A DNA stretch of 61,675 nt, counting the filler, from Thelocarpon superellum (Eukaryota), in the NCBI GenBank assembly GCA_026025795.1. It is 4 parts of 4 records of this genome, joined end to end, with 100 filler letters (N's around TTAATTAATTAA, not from the genome) between each part and the next. Parts side by side here need not be neighbours in the genome. Positions count along the whole stretch, not along the records: positions 46,491 to 61,675 come from JAPEUG010000413.1; 3 more parts are not named here. One strand, written 5' to 3'. Below the pieces are notes generated by a model. It was not told the origin of the DNA. It did no database searches and was given only the letters and a program-made list of their open reading frames with translations. Shown here piece after piece: positions 48,295 through 61,233 of this stretch (positions are counted from its first letter, which is position 1; each line of letters begins with the position of its first letter). A program made the translations under genes and the position numbers.

Positions 48295-48894
48295 GTGGCA
48301 TACATGGAGGGGCTACAGTGGGTTTGTGGCAGGGAAGGAGAGTAGCGTATCGTGATACAACTTGCAGCTGTTGAACAAACAGTCAAGTAGCTCATGCACA
48401 CGTGTAAGCGATGTTCGTGATGTCATTTGGTCTGTGAAGAGCTATCAAATCTCGCCATGCATGTGCCATCAGTCGGGTGTTATATCCCAAGAAGTAATTC
48501 TTCTCCTAGAAAGTAGTGGTACCGGGCGGAGAGGCTCCTACTCCCAGTAAGAGCTCGTCCGCCCGCTTCGTACTTCGGACGAGATGCCACGGCGACTCCC
48601 GGCCCCGGGCCGACCTTTCGCTTGAGGGTGTACCAATGACGTGCGATTATCGGGGGCTTCATTCGCTCGCTTGGGCACCTTCAGCGTCCCTACAGTTGGT
48701 GGTGTATGCGAATTCATCTACGTCCCTCATTTCAACGCCTGCGACCTCGCTCAGGGTCCTTCTCCTGCACTCCTCCGGTCCCGGCTTTCGACCTGTCACA
48801 CAGCGGCGTTGGTCAAGGGAGTGCACCGGCTGCATGTTCCTTGGCAAGGTCCGCAGCGGCGGCAAAGGTGGGTCCGAGAGCGAGGCGCCGAGTC

Positions 48895-51048
48895 ATGTCG
48901 ACGGTCACGGCGGACCTACCCCGGCTGCCCTCCCACTGCCCCCACAAACTGCCCGCGTCGTGTGCCCTGACCGCCACGCCCAAATGCTGTGCCTGCGTCG
49001 ATCGACGACCTCATGCCTCAGCCTACGCCGTTTACATTGACGGGCTGGGCTCGGTGCTGCGCGGGACCCGGTGGGAGCGATACTGTTGGACGTGCAAAGG
49101 TGGGCGTTCCAGGGTCTGGACCCAATCACGGGCAAGCAACGGCCCATTATTGTACTGACCCCGCTTGGGACAGCCTTCTGGGAGGCCCGACTGGCCGCCA
49201 CAAACCCTCTTCTTGAGCCCGCGCAGACGCGGATCCCCGACTTCCCGGAGCAGACGGCCTTTCTCGCGCAGTGGCATGACTATCACCGGGGATATACCAC
49301 CGTGACATTGCCGTCGGGTGCCATCGAGCAGCGACCCGTGCTGGGCGAACCCTTGAAAGACGTTGCGATCGGCCATCTCCCTTGCAGCCTGGCCGAGGTC
49401 GCGGTGGCGCGGGACCCTGGTCAGCAGGCGAGTCCCAACACGACGTCAGCGTCCCAAGCAGCCGGAGCAGGGCCCGTCGAACTGCCGGCGCCATCGCCGA
49501 CCGGGGCGCAGGGGAGGGGGCGGACGAATGACATGGTCATAGCCGTCAGTCAGGCCAGTCGCAGCTGGTTCGATGATGTGCCGACCGCCTCCGAGGGCAA
49601 CGTGACCCGGCACCACCGCCACACAAGCCCAACCGAGTTTCCGACGCGACGGATCGCTGGGCTACGACGAGACTTGCGGCGTATGCGCCGCGGGATCGAG
49701 CGCATCATGATGGGCTTGCACGAGCTGGGCGAGGAGGTACCGGAGGCCCGTCAGGTGGCGACGGCCAGTGCGGATGTCGACCGTCTGCTCGGCCTGGCCG
49801 AAGGCGAGCTGTTGGCACGGTGGGAGACGGCGGGCGCTGGACCAGGACCTGGACCAACGCTCGCGGGCGACATCACGAGCAATGTCACGCCTACGAGGTC
49901 AGCGTCGCGTCAAGAGGTCGCACGCGCCAGGGCGGCGTGTGATCAGGCGCTACTCCGATATAATTCGGCTAGCGAGCATCTCCGCGACGTACTTCAGCGC
50001 CACCAGAACTTGGAACAGGAACACCGCGCCCTCGAACATTTCACCAGTGTCTTCGGCACCCGCGAGGAGGTGGAACGTCAAGGCGCAGAGTATGAGAGCC
50101 CGATCAGCGGCATGTTCGCCAGAGCCTGGGGCACCTACCGCGAGCGCGAGCAGGAGCGGCGCCGCGATCGACTTTTGCGCGATGTCCTGGTCGCCGAAGA
50201 TCGCATGATGAGCGATGGTCCTCGCGCCCACCCCGATGCTGAGCTGGCCGGCTGGGAACGACACCGCCGGCCCGAGTACGGCGGCCTGGTCGGGGCACGA
50301 CTCCCCGAAACCCCCTTTGGCCTCAGCGACTCACCCCATTCCCGCGCCCGCGGCACCTCCTACCTCGACCGCGACGAAGGCTCGATGACCGATTACTACG
50401 GCACTCTCCCGGGGTCGTCGCGGCGCGATCGGCCACGCGACACGACGTATGTGGGCGTGGGCAACGAAGACCTCTTGCACTATCTCCGCCGCGACGTCGC
50501 CTCGCCCCTGCATGGACGACCGGGCGAGGAGCGTTTCTTCGAGGGCGATTACGGGAGCTCGGGCTCGTCCCTCGACGGTCGCGGCTTAGATGACGACGAC
50601 GGGCGACCGCCCCCGCTCGAAGACGCTGACATGACCGTGTCGCTCTCGTGCAAGGTGTGCTACAGCCAAGTCGCCGATACTGCCGTGCTTCCGTGTGGGC
50701 ATCTTGTCATGTGTCAGGTAGGAGTTGAGCACCTGGCGACGGCCGACCCAACGGCGTCCGTCGTACCGTGGTCCATCGCGAGCTGATCCGTCGTGCTCCA
50801 CAGTGGTGCGCCGAGCGACACATTCCCACCTCCCACCACGACCGAACCAGACCGACTCGACGCACCGGCTGTCCATTGTGTCGAAAACGGGTCCGGCAAA
50901 AGGTACGTGTCACCTCGCACCTCGCACCTCGCACCTCGCACGCATTCACGATGTGGCGCCCGGTGTGCCACTACTCTCCCCATCCCCAACCTCGAACCCA
51001 GGCTCACCCAACATCGCCCGCCTGTAGGTCAAAATCTATCGAGGGTAG
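48895..51048 (+). CDS. C-terminal RING-HC (zf-C3HC4_3 type) protein, putative E3 ubiquitin ligase, with Cys-rich N-terminus
   Basis: Exons 48895-49099, 49174-50717, 50804-50902 and 51028-51048. The spliced RING reads CKVC..VLPCGHLVMCQ|WC..CPLCRKRVRQK|VKIYRG*. N-terminal CPH..C..CCAC..RWERYCWTCK. Confidence 0.85.
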
Positions 51049-54000
51049 AGAGAAGGCACCCGACGGCCCATCCTCGGGTCCATCCCCGGCCCGGACTCAG
51101 ATCCATGATCCACCATCACGGCTCGACGGTTGCTGCGGCTGGACTGGCCGGCTGGTGGTGGTGGGAGGCCACCAATCGCTGCGCGAGGGTTGCGGAGAGC
51201 AAGAGGTGGATGGAGGTTCGTCATGGGGTGCACGACCCAACCGGGGCTGGACCGGCCTGGAGCCGACCAGTCACATCGCCTGATGCCCCCTCGCCAATCG
51301 TCCAACGCGAATACGCTCGTAGTCCGGCGCGGCGCAAGCGAGCCTCGATACGAGAACCTAGGTTACGGGATGCTGCCTTTCGCCAACTTTCCAGCTTCCA
51401 CCCCCACCAAGAGTCTCCCCTCCCATACGAACGACGTCCTTGACACATCCCGTACGACACAAGTATTTCGTACCTTACCCTCCGACCTATGCGGCCCTTA
51501 GACGATCTGATGCATCATTCCATACATATTTTCGATTCCTGTCATACCTCATTTGTGTTTATGGCGCTTACGTTGACGGTAGCTAGCATAACAGCGACGG
51601 CGTGGGCGCGGGCGTTGAGCATGCGGCGGTGACAGGGCAGAGCTCCGAACGGAATGGAATAATCCCAAACTAGCTCTCTCTCCTCCGTAGGGAGCTACTC
51701 CGTAGTCGTAGCGACCCTGCCACAAAGTGCTGACGAGGAAGCTGAACGTGCCCAGCTGAGCCAAGACAAAGCCAGCAGAGCTCAGCCCAGCCCACACCCA
51801 GCCTGGATACCGACATAGCCGATGCGGACCGCGCACGATTTTGAAGGCGGAGCGGAACCATCAGAGACGATGAGGGTAAGCTGTCCGTGTGCTTCGTGTG
51901 TACGGTATGAGTAGGATGCCCAAGAGGCCGTAGATTCGTCAGTAGTAAATACTCTTGACCGGGCTATTTACAGTAGTAATAGTCGTGTCTACTTGTTCTC
52001 ATCCACCGACAACTTAGAGGACCTACCTGTGCCACTGACGTGAGATGCGCACCGAGGTCACTGCTTCGTACATCCCGCTCGTTCAATCCGCGATGCCGAA
52101 TCTGAGAGCGTCACCTGACCTCTTTTCGCACTCGGTCAGCACCGAGGCTAGTTACTGATTATACCCGTGCCTTTAGTATGTATGGGTATGCACAGGCACG
52201 GTCGGAAGCGATACGACAACAGCGGTATCGTAGTTCTGGTTCAGGTGGATTTCGCATCTGATTGGCTCTCCTAGCAACCTGGTGATCAGTCGAGGCTCCG
52301 CGTGGTTGCCTGGAACAGGATCTGCTCCTGCCGGCCTGGAATACCCGCGTTCCAAGTTGACGGCCCGCTGCACGCCCGGGCACGGCTTATCGGCGGCCGG
52401 GATGCACGGTGCCACACTGACTTCCAGCCTCACTTCCTGCAGCGAATTGCAGTCCGATCACATCCTACTTCTTCGACACAGCCCTGATTGGATTCCCCTA
52501 GTGAAGGGAAAATTACCTGATTGCTTGCCTTTTGTGACATCGTTACCACATCGCTTGCTCATTATTGAGTGACTGCCTTTCTGGAACTCCATTTGCGACA
52601 GGATGCCTCACGACCGTAGTAAGCTTGTTGCGTGTCCGTTCCAACGCTGTGGAATTTCACGGTCACGGCGCGGCGACTGGAGCAACTGGACCGCGGTAGG
52701 TACGTATCCGAGCGGTCGTGTCAGCCTGATACAGGTCGGCCCCTGCCCACCTCCATCTCTCTAATTAGCGGGATGACATGCAGTTGAGCTAGCTACTGGC
52801 TGTGCTGCGTGGTTGCCTCGTTCAGTAGTCGCATCGACCTCGTGCATTCTGTCACCCGGAGGTGTGGCACGACTATGATAATGGTTCGAAAGGGTTCCCG
52901 GCTTCCAGGGCTATGAGTGAGACTGCTCACCGGTCCGGGCAGCCCAAGAATCTAGAACAAAAGAAACGGTAGTGTTAGCTCCGTCAATCGGTCCATTGCG
53001 CCACCGGCCCAGAGAGGACTTCGCCACGTGTGTTGGGACTTGTCAACACTGCCCAGATTCCTCCGATGTTGGGTGTCATATTGTCCCTACTCGACTCTTA
53101 TCTGGACTTTGCCCCCACCCGGCGTACTATTTGTCGGTGGCCACGTCGTCTGCGGTACACGTCGAAGGTCAAGAGTGCATTCGTGGAACTGCAGCAGTCA
53201 TGCGTTGGACACGGATGGAGCCTCTGGATGCGCCTCCGATTGATCGAGGGTATGGCCTTCTGATTGATGACCCCTGGTCGCATCTTAGCACGCAACGTCC
53301 CGAGACACCTTCGCCGGGTGGAAGGAGTGACATCCTTGCCGTGGTGGACATGATGGAGAAGTAAATGCGTGGTAGCCGGGTACGAGCTCAGAGAATCCGG
53401 GATTTTTCCGCCTGTTGCACCACGGTCCTTCTCCGATGCGTTATGCACGAGAGCCCACACCCGACGCCCAGCCTACCTTCACAGTCTTGAGACTGCATCC
53501 GAAAACCCCGCAAAAACAAAGGAGGGCACGTCCACCCATGATTTCTTTTCCCTCGACCGCCTTATCGATGTGTCATGGACCCTCGAGCTCCTTAACCGGT
53601 CGTCTCCTTGGCTTCCCTTTGCAAAGGCGGCCACGGGCGAGAATGGCATCACTGCTGCCCCACGAAAGTGACGCGAAGAGAGCCTCGATAAGAACATTAA
53701 CAATCGAGAACTTCTCCCTCGCTGCCCGGTCCGGTGGCTTCTGCGGCAGACAGACCTCACTAACTCAGAGACCAGTGGGTGGCCTTGCCGGTTCTCATCG
53801 ACAGTAGCCGTCGTTTGTCGTTGATCGTGGCTTGGTAGGGCAGCCTGGCCGTGTTCCAGCCTTGCGTGAGTACGTGACTTCGCGGTAGACCACGGCACGA
53901 GAACCATCTGATTGAGGAGGGAAAGAGACGGTGGAGATGAGCGCCCGGCGGTAGCTCTGGAAAGGAACACTGGCGTTGGAAGACGGCCGTGTGTCTAACC

Positions 54001-55638
54001 CGGATCTGGGGCGGCCTGCGTCGTCCGGTCCGTCATCAGAATGTAGAAAGTGGAGACACTAAGCAGTTGAGTGGGTGACTTTCTCTCTCGTTCAAAGATT
54101 GAGGTAATCGAGGACGCAGCGGTGTGATGAAGCTTGCAATATAAAGCGATGGCATCCCTGTAACAAGCGTCGGTCCGGTGTCGGAGACGGGTAGGGAAAT
54201 GTCGGTCAGAGGCAGCACGCTTGAGAACACCTCATAGGATGAAATTTTGGCCAGGTATACCGTCATTCTAGCACGGAGGACGCGGGCGGACATCGCGGCC
54301 CACATCAGCATCATGAACGCGAGCTGCGGGAAAGTACGGTGGGTCTGTGTTAGGGTAGCATCGAGGCGGAGTAATCCAACATCCTGCGCCTTTCCAGCCA
54401 GGCATTGCGGACCGGTGAAAGGTGGAGACGAAGCACACTGGCATCCCTCACACCCGGCTTCCATCTAATACCACATGATGTTGGGTTGACTCTCCTCGAA
54501 TGAAGGCATCCTCCCATGCTCGGGTGACTACGTGAATGATCAAAGAACGCCGCGTCGCACGGCTGACGATCCGAGAGGACTCGTGTCCCGCTTGGTCGCT
54601 CGAGGAGCAAGGAGTCCAACGCAAGCCCTGAGAGAGCCTGACGGTAGTCGCGTGGCACAGTCCCAGCCTGACATGGGGGTCTACCTTCTGGTAGACTATT
54701 GCCGCCGAATGACCAGGTCCAAAATCGGACGCTTCCTATAAAGCTGTGCGGGCGGCTGGCTTCGTGCTGGATGGCGCGGTACGGCTGCAGCCTCGCCATC
54801 GTGTCTACCGCATGAGATCTACTCGAAGACGGGACGGATGGCACAACGGCGGTCAGAGGCTTCGATAGCCCTCACTTAACGGGGGCGGGGTCCGGGCATA
54901 TATGTGGTCGGAAGTAGGTATCACATTACGGGCCCAGCATGCTCATGGTCCTTGAGATAGAAACAAGACGCGAGCGAACGACGAGAGGATAGGAATGCCC
55001 TGTATGAAGAGCAAGCTGCGTACATGTTACCAGCCTTGTGTGATGCCGGTAACAAACAATCACTTCAGGTGGTTGTATCTTGTACCGGTCGGCTCTGTTT
55101 GCGAGATGGTACCCTACATGAAAGCACCGCCTAAGTAGTAGTACTACTAGTAATACTAGTAGTAGTAGTAGTACTACTTCCTACTAGGTACTAGTAGTGA
55201 TAGAACTTGAGTGCGTTGGAGCCACCTTGGTCCTTGCGTAGCGCCACCCGCGAGTCTGGAAGGGCTGCTCGCCTGGTTGCCTGGTTCTCGCCGGTCCCTC
55301 CGGCTCCGGCCAATCATATGATTGTTCTGGGAGTCTCTGTTGCCTTAAGTCCTCCATCCGAGTCGCATCTTCCACAATCCAGCAGCCTCCCAAATCGATT
55401 AGTCTCTATAAAGCTGCAAGACCCGAGGTAGTCCCAAGCAGAGCCTCATTTAGCACCTTGCCGCCCTCTCCTTACGGCATTCTAGCCGAAGTGCAGAGGC
55501 TTGCTCGTCCTGAAGCTTCCTCTCGCTGCCCCAACGGATACGATTTTCGCCAGGGGCATTCTTGGGACTTGCATTCTGCCCTATGCGAATGCAATCCCCA
55601 CAACAAATTTCGATGCGCGAGGGTGCTCTTCCAAATCA

Positions 55639-58600
55639 ATGCGCGAGGGGGCTCCTCAAGATCTGTCGGGGCGATGGGAGCTGTTCAAACGGCAGAACGC
55701 CAGATCGGCGACGACGTCCTACCTCTGCCCGTTCTGCTCCGACCGCCGTGGCTTTCATGACGAAGCCAAGTACTTCGCGCACATCAAAAACGTCCATCCT
55801 TCCAGGCTCAAGGGCACGCCCGATACCCCGGACGTTAATCTGGTACTGGCACAGAAGGCGGCCGTCAAGGGGTGAGTCCGCTTCCCATGGCCGGTCATCT
55901 TCCGCAGCTTTTCTCCCCACGTCCCGGATGACTCCGGCTTGAGCCCGCCCACGCGTCATATCATGACTTGTACGCTCGTGATGAGTTTTGACACTAGGCT
56001 CCATAGGCGGCTCCCCAGCCCTCAGATCGTCGGCCCGGAGAGCCATGACGACACCCATGCGTCGACGACACCACAGCCGGCCCGGCCCGCCAGAACCTCT
56101 GTCGACGCGTCGCGCCGTCGCCTCTCAGCGGGCTCGATGACCAGGTCGGACGGACAGCCGTCCAAAGGAATTACCGAACTGAGGAACCTCTCGCTGGATC
56201 AAGGCTATGATGCGGTCATGCAGGATGTCAACCCTGGCACGCCTGATGTCGAGACCAGTCCATCGTCCCCCCTCCGGCGCAAGCGGGCGACGGGACCAGA
56301 TCCGGGGCGCCCGAACTCATCGCCCAGGCTCCATTTCCCCTCTGCTGAGGCCCACACCGTCCCACGGCGATCGCGCGCTCGACCTGGGGCACTGTCCTTT
56401 GATGCCGCCTCCTCGGGATTCGTGGCAAACACGATCTTTGTCGGAACATCAGACTACCGAAGAGACCTGACGCCGCTGCCTGTGGATGAGTCGGCCAAGG
56501 ACAGCGCGCCAATCCGCAGGAAAGAGTATGATACCCTGAGACGAGATATCGGAGCCGAGGGACTGCCAGTGGCACGACCGTTGACCGGACCCAAGCGGTT
56601 GTTTGACCCCGAATCTGATAGCCCCGTTCCGCGGGCTGTGGGAGATTCGTCCAAGATTCATCCCATGGCTGGCGTTGGCAACGCGGCCACTGCAATTGTG
56701 TCCAGCGTGTCCGACTTGCGGCCACAGGCTTATCGGCCAAAGAAGGAGCTGTCGCATCGAACGGATGAGCTGTCGCGCGGAAAGGATGAGCTGTCGCGTC
56801 GAAAGGATGGACCGTCCCGTGAGTTCGTGCTCCAAGGCACGCCGAAGCATCATGGCACCCGGAATACTGGTCGTCTGAACCTGGGCCGGACCCGGTCAGA
56901 TCCGTTGCTCGCGCCTCGTGCCCCTGGCGACGGCAGCCCCACGGAGATGAACGCGCAGATGGTGAAGCAGCTGGATACTAAACCCATCTCCCAGCAGCAA
57001 CTGGTCGCAGAGGTCAAAGAAATCTACTCGGGCTTGGTCATGGTCGAGACCAAGTGCATCGAGGTGGATGGCAAGCAGGCGGAAGCGCTCCGTGCTGCCG
57101 AGACCGGGCCGGCGACCACACTCAACGACGATCAATGGCAGGCCCTCATCGCCCTGCACCGTACCCTTCTGCATGAGCACCACGACTTCCTGCTTGCAAG
57201 CCAACACCCTCTCGCCAGTCTCGCGCTGAAGAAGCTTGCCAGCCGGTACGCCATGCCTGCGAGAATGTGGCGCCATGGGATCCATTCGTTCCTCGAGCTC
57301 TTGCGGCACCATCTTCCAGCCTCGCTCGACCACATGCTGGCCTTCATCTACCTCAGCTATTCGATGATGGCCTTGCTGTTCGAGACGGTACCTGCATTCG
57401 AAGACACCTGGATCGAATGTCTCGGTGATCTCGGGCGATACCGCATGGCCATCGAGGACGATGACGTGCGAGATCGCGAGGTGTGGACAGCAGTGGCACG
57501 CTTCTGGTACAGCAAGGCCGCGGATAAATCCTGTACCACTGGCCGCCTGTACCATCACCTTGGGATCCTGGCCCGACCCAATGCACTCCAGCAACTCTTC
57601 TACTATGCCAAGTCTCTCTCCGTGGTGCACCCATTCCTTCCCGCACGCGAGTCCATCCTCACGCTCTTTCAACCCATCATCAACGCCGACCCGTCATCCC
57701 TTCGCATCGAGATGACCTTTATCAAAGCTCATGGCATCTTCTTCACCGAAAAGGGGCTTGACCATTTCGATGATGTGGTGAAGCATTTCCTAGACGGCTT
57801 GGACAAATATATCAGCAAAGTGGGGGCGAGATGGAAAGAATATGGCGTGTACGTGGCGGTGGCTAACACTACAGCGCTCCTCGGGTACGGTGCCGAGAAC
57901 AACAGCTTCCAGCGACTTGTGGCGCCTGCAGCGCCTAAATTGCTCCCTGCGCCGGGAACCGAGGCTGCGACGTCCGCCGACGACGCGCCGGCCACAACGA
58001 CGCTGGCTGCGACGACGCCGGCTGCAACGACGCCGGCTGCGACTGCGCCGACCTCGGAGGCACCATCGTCTCTGCCCGACGCCGCCGACGTGACGCCTGA
58101 GACTGCCGTGGCAAGGGCAGAGGCAGAGGTGACTCCGAGGTCGGCGCAGTCGCAGCCGGCGTCGTTGCAGCCGGCGTCGTCGCAGCCGGCAGAGGTGACA
58201 GCGGAAGTGATCCCGGCGGGCGCAGATAAGTTAGAAAAAGCAGCGCACTTGTTTAATTCGACGTGTGATGTCGTCTTCAGACGCACTGACGATGTCAACG
58301 TGCTACCGTTCGTGCATGTGTGTCTGGTTTTCCTTTTACACCTCGATCCGTCCGCAGAAGGCACTGCACAATTTGCAGGTGCATTCTCATCAGAGGCATT
58401 GGCGCAAATGATGAATTGGCTCCTCATGTCCCGGAACCGCCGGTCCCGTCCGAGCGGCGCCGGATTTCCACAGCAAGAAAAAGGCTCGGGACGTCCGCTG
58501 CTCGAAGACTTCATGATGCAAGGTATGTCGTGGGCGGTCGACTACTTCCCCGAAGCATGGTTCGACAACAGTTCAGTCGACGAGGAGGAGCGGTCGCTTG

Positions 58601-58800
58601 AGCTTCCTTCCATGGCGGATGATCGGATCGAGCGGATTTTATGGCTTGGCCGCCGGCTTGCCGAGGTAATCCCTGGTGTGGCTTCTGTCCTGGTTCGCCA
58701 CTTACACGCGGAACAGCCCGCACATTTCCTTCAGTATGATGAGAGATCTCAGTCTTTCGGAGCGGCCAGGGGGGTGGGATCTCCGACCATGGTGTTCTGA
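55639..58800 (+). CDS. Est1/Ebs1/SMG6-7-like (EST1A-type TPR-like RNA/DNA-binding domain) protein with N-terminal C2H2-like finger
   Basis: Exon 1 55639-55871 (CPFC..HIKNVH), donor GTGAGT at 55872, acceptor 55997 or 56006 in phase. Core QWQALIALHRTLLHEHHDFLLASQHP, MPARMWRHGIHSFLELLR, WIECLGDLGRYRMAIE, GRLYHHLGILARPNALQQLFYY and GRPLLEDF. Possible small intron 58666-58716. Confidence 0.82.
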
Positions 58801-59845
58801 TTTCGACATCCTTCGGTCACGCCTTGTTGGGGAAGGATCCGTGGATGCTGGTGGCAAAAGTGCTGTTTGGCATCTCAATGCATTCTGGCTTTTGGTAAAA
58901 CTGGCATTCTGGGCGTGCAGCGGGGGGATGATAGCCGTACTCGCAATACGTCATCTGCAAGTGAAGGGGAGGGTCGGACAACACGCTCGCTACGCCCGTG
59001 GCGCCCGGGGCTTTGACATCGCACTGGACCATTCAACTGGCCGCCCGCGTAAACACGCTTGTGATCGTTATCGTTACCGTAGATAATCAACAATGAGAGA
59101 GCAAAGAACAATATGCTGAGGATATTGAGAGATGCGTCACGAATCTTGGTCTCAGCATACTCCCTCGCCGGGGACGAATCGTCTATGCGCGGAGTCGGGC
59201 GCTTGTGACGTTGAAGCCGTCGCTGTATTCTCACCTGGGGATCGGTTTGGCCGTGTCGGGGAGAGACATCATGCCCGAATCGATCCTGACGTGTTTGATG
59301 ACACCTCACTAATACGCATTAGGGCCCGAGTCTCGCGGCTGAGAGATGACGTAGCATCACCGTGAGACGTGGGCTTTGTCGCAGGGGCGGGCGGCGTGGA
59401 CGGCGGAGGATGTGCCGCGTCCCCCCGACGTCCGTCCTGGTACTGGGAGCCGTGGGACTCACCCGGACGTTGACGCGTGGATGATCGTGCGAGTACGTTA
59501 CTCGGACGAGGACCAGGCAGAGGCTGTCCGGTGCCTGAGCCGAGGGCCTGCCGGCAGTTTCAGGCGGGTCGGGAGTCAGTCATGCGGCTCGTCAGATCGC
59601 TTGGCGCTCGCTTCTCTGCAACGAAGGACTGCTCAGTTAGCGTTTCATGGAAAGGGCAGGTGCCGCGGTCCGACGTGGAGCTGAGGACACCTCGTCTGCA
59701 TGGACGACGGTACTTATAGGTCTCGGGCGGTCCTGGCTTCGACTTGCCCCCGCATGCCATTGAGGTTGGGTCGACGGCTGAGATGAAGGATACCTCACTG
59801 CACGCTTCTACATTGGCTCTGTCCGGGCGGGTCGAGGTCGCCGCC

Positions 59846-61233
59846 ATGGCCCTCGCCGACCTCATCCGCCGCGCTGGGGAGACGGTGCTGGAGACGTATC
59901 GCGAGACCCCACCGATCCTGATTCTCCTGCTGCTCCTCTCGACCGCTGTGGTGTTGGGTTCGTCGGTATGTGATTCTTCTTCTCTCGTCCGCCCCGTCTG
60001 GTGCCGCGCTGATGCCGGGGGGCAGCTGTACGTGGCCCTGATCATCGCCGCCCCGATTCCTCGAGCCCCGCTTGCGTCCGAGAAGAAGTATCGGACGGTG
60101 CAGTCGAACGGGCAGATCAGCCCAATGTCCGCGCTCTCGTGCTGGCAGGATCAGTATGCCGCTCGCCGAGACGCGGCGCGACGGAATCCCGCGCGGTCGC
60201 CGAAGCCCATCGAGGTCGAGCCGGCCGAGGTCTTCCTGTCCCTCGTGGTGCCGGCGTACAATGAGGAGGAACGGCTGGGGGAGATGCTGGAGGAGGCGGT
60301 GGGATATCTACGCGACACGTATGGGGCTGAAGGCGACAAGTCACACAGCCCCTCGGGCGCAGAGGGCAGGGTGAACGGACACCGGAAGACGTCGACGGCG
60401 AATGCGTCTCCTGGCGCAGGCCCGGACGCGACGGGCTGGGAGATTCTCGTGGTGTCGGATGGGTCGACGGATCGGACGGTGGAGACGGCGTTAAACTTTG
60501 CCCGAACACACCACGTCACCTTCGACCCGGACGCGACCAAAGCCGGCCCTGCACCGGAAGCATCCATCCGGGTCATTTGCCTCGAGCAAAATCGGGGCAA
60601 GGGCGGCGCGGTGACGCATGGGATGCGACATGTGCGGGGCCGATACGCCATCTTCGCCGACGCGGATGGCGCGACGAAATTTACGGATCTGGGGAGAGTG
60701 GTGCGTGCGTGTCAAGCGGCCGAAGACGACCAAGGTCGGGCGGCAGCGGTGGGATCGCGAGCACATCTGGTGGGAAGCGAGGCGGTGGTCAAGGTGAGAT
60801 CTTGCTGCATGGCTGCGCGGCTGCATGGCCGCATGTCTACGGGACGAACTCGAGGAGCCAATGCTGACCGACGTGATCCGAACAGCGCTCCTTCCTCCGC
60901 AACCTCCTGATGCACTCCTTCCACCTGCTCTTGCGGCTCCTCACCCCGCCTGCGACGGCGGCCATCAGAGACACGCAGTGCGGATTCAAGCTCTTCTCGC
61001 GCCCGTCGCTTCCTTACATCATCCCCTACATGCACTCCGAAGGGTGGATCTTCGATGTGGAAATGTTGATGTTGGCCGAGGCCGTCGGCATCCCCGTCGT
61101 TGAGGTGCCGGTGGGGTGGAGGGAGGTCAAGGGCAGCAAGCTCAACGTGATCTGGGACAGTCTGGGCATGGCGTGGGGGCTGGCCATTCTCCGGGCCGCC
61201 TGGGGGTTGGGCATCTATCGAGGATATCGGTGA
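59846..61233 (+). CDS. ALG5: Dolichyl-phosphate beta-glucosyltransferase (GT2)
   Basis: Exons 59846-59965, 60026-60793 and 60886-61233. Motifs LSLVVPAYNEEERL, EILVVSDGSTD, NRGKGGAV, FADADGAT, GSRAHL, RSFLRNLLM, DTQCGFKLF, WIFDVEML and WREVKGSKL. Confidence 0.96.
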
